Shown one piece after another: positions 60,150 through 64,000 of a stretch of DNA of 64,000 nt (position 1 is its first letter; each line of letters begins with the position of its first letter). Both the position numbers and the translations under genes were made by a program. The notes below the pieces were generated by a model that had not been told where the DNA came from, did no database searches, and saw only the letters and a program-made list of their open reading frames with translations. The DNA comes from Heteronotia binoei. Lineage: Eukaryota. The DNA lies in NCBI RefSeq assembly GCF_032191835.1, contig NC_083227.1, forward strand, positions 24,800,001 to 24,864,000, read 5' to 3'.

Positions 60150-60325
60150 ACATCAGGTGACTTATGGTAGGATTATCAAGGCAAGAGATGGATAAAGGAA
60201 ATTTCCAATGGGCTGCCTCTGCGTAGCAACCCTGGACCTCTTTGGAGGCCTCCCACCCACATACTAACCAGAGCTTAGCTTCTGAGATCTGATGAATTGG
60301 GCTGGACTGGGGCATCCAGGTCAGG
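60150..60325 (-). mobile_element. 5S rRNA-derived SINE
   Basis: GCTTAGCTTCTGAGATCTGA, the reverse complement of the 5S box A region. Confidence 0.65.
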
Positions 60326-60352
60326 TCTTGCATACAATAATGGATTGAATTC

Positions 60353-60610
60353 TTCAGTTTTGTGTAGTGGTTAAGAGCACAGACTCTAATCGGGGAGAAC
60401 CAAGTTTGATTCCCCACTTCTCCACATGTAGCTGCTGGTAGGACATTGTGAACAGTTCTCTCAAAGCTGTTCTCTCAAGAGCAGTTCTTGGGGAGCTCTC
60501 TCAGTCTCCCCTACCTCATAGGATGTCTGTTGTGGGGAGAGGAAGGAAAAGGAGGTTGTGAGCTACTCTTGAGACTCCAAGTGAAGGGTGGGGTGTAAAT
60601 CCAATTATCC
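60353..60610 (+). mobile_element. tRNA-derived SINE family A (diverged)
   Basis: TTTTGTGTAGTGGTTAAG head, AGTTTGATTCCCC B box. Confidence 0.65.
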
Positions 60611-60688
60611 TCCTCCCTCTCCCTGGTTGAGGACATAAATCATGTCTAGGAATCTCTCTCTCTCTGTCTGTCTTTTTAACTCTACTAG

Positions 60689-61491
60689 CTGAAGGATTGC
60701 TCAGTACAAGCAAGGAGGAGAAGCGCCTGCCCAAAAGCCCTGATCCAGAGGAGCCCATCGTGATTTCAGAATGGAGGGCCAAGCAGACCCTTCCCCTGTG
60801 TCCTGAGAAGGAAGGAGAGCCTCTGATTCCGCGCGGCCCCAAGAGACAGCAAAGAAGCCACCCCGGGGAGGAAGGGAGGAAGCCTGTTCCCTTCCAGAGC
60901 CCACTCCTCAGCAAGGCCTTTGTGCAACAGCAGAGCTACACGAGGAAAGCGGATGCTGCTTGTAACATAATAGTCCAAGGCTTTGCGCAGAGGCCGAGCT
61001 TTGTGGGTTGCCCCGACTGCGGGAAAGGCTTCATCGACAACGCCACCCTCGCTCGGCACCGGAGAATCCACACCGGAGAGAAGCCCTATCAGTGCTCAGA
61101 ATGCGAGAAGAGCTTCAGCCAGAATGCCACTCTCAAGGCACATCAGAAAACCCACTTGGGGGCAAAAGCGTTCCAGAGCTCGCCGCTCACCAAAAACCCG
61201 AGGGTCCACGCGGGGAGCAACCTGCCGGCCGGCTCAGCCAGCGGGGTCGCCTTTGGTGCTGGCCCCAGCCTCGTCGGACGTCGGAAGACTCACACGGGGC
61301 CAAAGCTGTTTGAATGTTCAAACTGTGGGAAAGGGTTCAGCCGGATCGCCCACCTCATTTCGCACGAGAGAATCCACACAGGAGTGAAGCCCTTCGAGTG
61401 CTCGGACTGCGGGAAAAGCTTCAGCGACAAATCGAACTTCAACAGGCATTACAGACTCCATATGAGAGATAAACAACAGTCCTCCAGTTAG
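60689..61491 (+). CDS. ZSCAN gene 3, final exon: 4 intact C2H2 fingers (2+2) with degenerate fingers between (spliced product about 579 aa)
   Basis: Acceptor TTTTTAACTCTACTAG (phase 1, in frame); CPDC..HRRIH, CSEC..HQKTH, CSNC..HERIH, CSDC..HYRLH. Confidence 0.88.
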
Positions 61492-62069
61492 AGCTTTTGT
61501 TGTGCACAAAGGACTTCCTGCTCCTGTAGCTGTTTGCTTGCCAGTTAAGATTAACACTTGCTTTTCTGAGTATTCCTACCTTCTGGTGGGTCAAGATAAA
61601 GGCAGGGCTTTTTCAGTGGTGGCACCTCAGTTTTAAAGCGACCTCCCAGCTGTCCCCCCCAGTGTCCAATCTTTCAGACACTAGGTGTAAACATTTGTAT
61701 TAGTGTTGTAGACAGCCTTTGCTGAGGTTCTTTTTAGGGCAGAAGCTGTTTCTTGGTCCTTTTTTTATCACGTAGCTTATTCTCTGCTGCTTTAGCCTCT
61801 TCTAATTTCACGCCGCTTTTTATCTGCTGCTTTAATCATTTTGCTTTTTAATTTTTGTTTTAAAAATTGTTTTTTTGACTGATTTTCCAGTAAGCCAAAC
61901 ATAACACTGGCGAACACAGCTAATAAGTGATCCATACAACTAATTCACATGGGTAGCCATGTCAGCCTGAAGCAGCTGAACCAAGTTTGAGTCTAGTGGC
62001 ACCTTGAAGACCAACCATTTTTTGTATCTGAAGAACTGTTCACACACACAAAAGCTTATTCCCAGAGCA

Positions 62070-62423
62070 GTCGGGTTAGAACTAATAAAAGGAAGTACTT
62101 CTTCACCCAAAGGGTGATTAACACATGGAATTCACTGCCACAGGAGGTGGCAGCTACAAGCATAGACAGCTTCAAGAGGGGACTGGATAAGCATATGGAG
62201 CAGAGGTCCATCAGTGGCTGTTAGCCACAGTTTATCGTCGGAACTCTCTGTCTGGGGCAGGGATGCTCTGTATTCTTGGTGCTTGGTGGGGGAGGGCTCT
62301 GGTGTCCTGGCCCCACTGGTGAACCTCCTGATGGCATCTGGTTTCTTTGGCCACTGTGTGATACAGAGTGTTGGACTGGATGGGCCACTGGCCTGATCCA
62401 ACATGGCTTCTCTTATGTTCTTA
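62070..62423 (+). mobile_element. CR1 3' fragment inserted in a Penelope terminal fragment
   Basis: AAAAGGAAGTACTTCTTCACCCAAAGGG...TCTTATGTTCTT; Penelope-type sequence on both sides. Confidence 0.75.
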
Positions 62424-62904
62424 ACAAAACTTTGTTGGTCTTAAAGTTGCCACTGGACTAAAACTTAGCTCCATATAAATAATGATTTTTTTTTCCTACG
62501 AGGAAATCCTTGACCAGCTCCAATATCTTTATTTTGAGAATCGAGTGGCCAAACCTCGGTGGCCATGTGTGATTAAAAGAAGTCCCCTTCATTTCAGTTG
62601 TGCAGGAGCTAGTCTCAGTGGATGAAGCCTTACCTTGACTGGTTAAGGACAAGGTACAATTTGACTAAGAGAGTTTGGTCCACTCCTGAGCGGTGTTGTG
62701 AATTTTATTGTTATTGTCGCCTCCTTCCACAGAACTCAGGGTCATGTATGCAGTTCTTCTTTCCTCTGTTTTATCCACACTACAAGCCTTTGGGATAGGT
62801 CAGTTCTTGAGAAGGTGAGTGACTAAGGTCACTTCAGTAAACTAGTCAAGGATTTGAACCGAGATCTTGGCCAAAGTCCAATGGCCTGCAGATCATTGGT
62901 AGAG

Positions 62905-63172
62905 AGACAGTTTGGTGTAGTGGTTAAGTGCACAGACTCTTATTTGGGAGAACTGGGTTTGATTCCCCGCTCCTCCACTTGCAGCTGCTGGAATGGCCTT
63001 GGGTCAGCCATAGCTCTCATAGGAGTTGTCCTCGAAATGGCAGTTTCTGGAAGAGCTCTCTCAGCCCCACCTACCTCACAGGGTGTCTGTTGTGTTTGGG
63101 GGAAAGCAAAGGAGATTGAGACTCTGAGATTCAGAGTATAAGGAGGGATATAAATCCAATATCTTCTTCTAC
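62905..63172 (+). mobile_element. tRNA-derived SINE family A
   Basis: AGAGACAGTTTGGTGTAGTGGTTAAG head to (TTC)n tail. Confidence 0.8.
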
Positions 63173-64000
63173 GTCCCTGACATGCAGAAGGCTCCAGCTT
63201 CAAATCTCATCCTCTACAGTAAGAGAAATCTACTGGGTTGGATGGACCAGTTGCCTGTCTCAGGGCTGGGATTCTGGCTGTACCTGGGCATCGCCTCATC
63301 AGCGGTTATTAACTTGGGATCTCATGCGAACTCTCACTTGCGTTAGGTTAACCGAAATGTATACAAAATTAAATTTCAGGGTTTTAAAAAAAAAATTAAT
63401 TTTAATCCGAAAGCACTATACATGTGCTTGCAGCATGTTGTACTAGTCTGAATTATGGTAGACTGATAGTGGTGACCTTATATAATCTGGGAGAGGGGGC
63501 CGATCCTTCTTCTTGAGTTTGAAATCTGCTGAGGATCTGCCTCAGAATAACCCAGTTTCTTATCCACCGGCGTTTGAAGGTACACTGGCTCTGAATACAG
63601 CAGTTCCATTTTGGGAGCATTGCCCCTCAGAATCCTGTCCAATTTTAATACATTTTATTCCCTCAAAAGCCATCAAAAACTTAAACATTTTTGGGTCTGA
63701 GTGGTGGGAGGGGGCTGGTCGGCTGTACGACATTTGATCACGCAAACTCTGCAAACGAAATGAAAAGCAGAGCTATCTGAGAGGGAGAAACCTCGCAGGG
63801 CCTAGTGGAAAAGAGGAGCAGCGGGGCCTGGTACCAGCATGCCTAAGGTGAGGCAGCCAACAAGGCCGAGAGCTTTTGGTAGGCCCCAGTTCCATTGGCT
63901 CCATCCCCGCATACAGGTGATAGATGGGTTTGTGGGAGGGGAGGGAGACAATGGGGGTGGGGATCTAGTGGTGGGGAGACAGAGCCCCAGGATACTGCCT

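Overview
A 64-kb window of vertebrate genomic DNA. I infer a squamate, probably a gecko, from the Sauria SINE, BovB, CR1 and reptile-type extended SCAN domains. It is part of a C2H2 zinc-finger gene cluster in a dense transposon matrix. Three C2H2-ZNF genes are present: one on the minus strand with 10 fingers, and two plus-strand SCAN-ZNF genes whose exons join in frame. Between them lies a single-exon 834-aa BED-finger/hAT (Ac-type) transposase ORF (20529-23033). It is uninterrupted but has substitutions at four positions needed for catalysis (D->S, CxxH->CxxR, RW->GW, E->K), no visible TIRs/TSD, and a splice acceptor 10 nt before the ATG. About 3.6 kb upstream is a copy of the same promoter/first-exon cassette seen in front of the neighbouring ZNF genes. 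The best hypothesis is a domesticated, catalytically dead ZBED gene that took over a ZNF-cluster promoter. The rest is a CR1 LINE with an intact EN+RT ORF2, many CR1/L1/L2/BovB/Penelope fragments, tRNA-, 5S- and Sauria-type SINEs, over 15 hAT-type MITEs (many with 8-bp TSDs), a higher-order minisatellite and one assembly gap. Gene models, TE family names and domestication are inferred by eye; no expression or orthology data were available.
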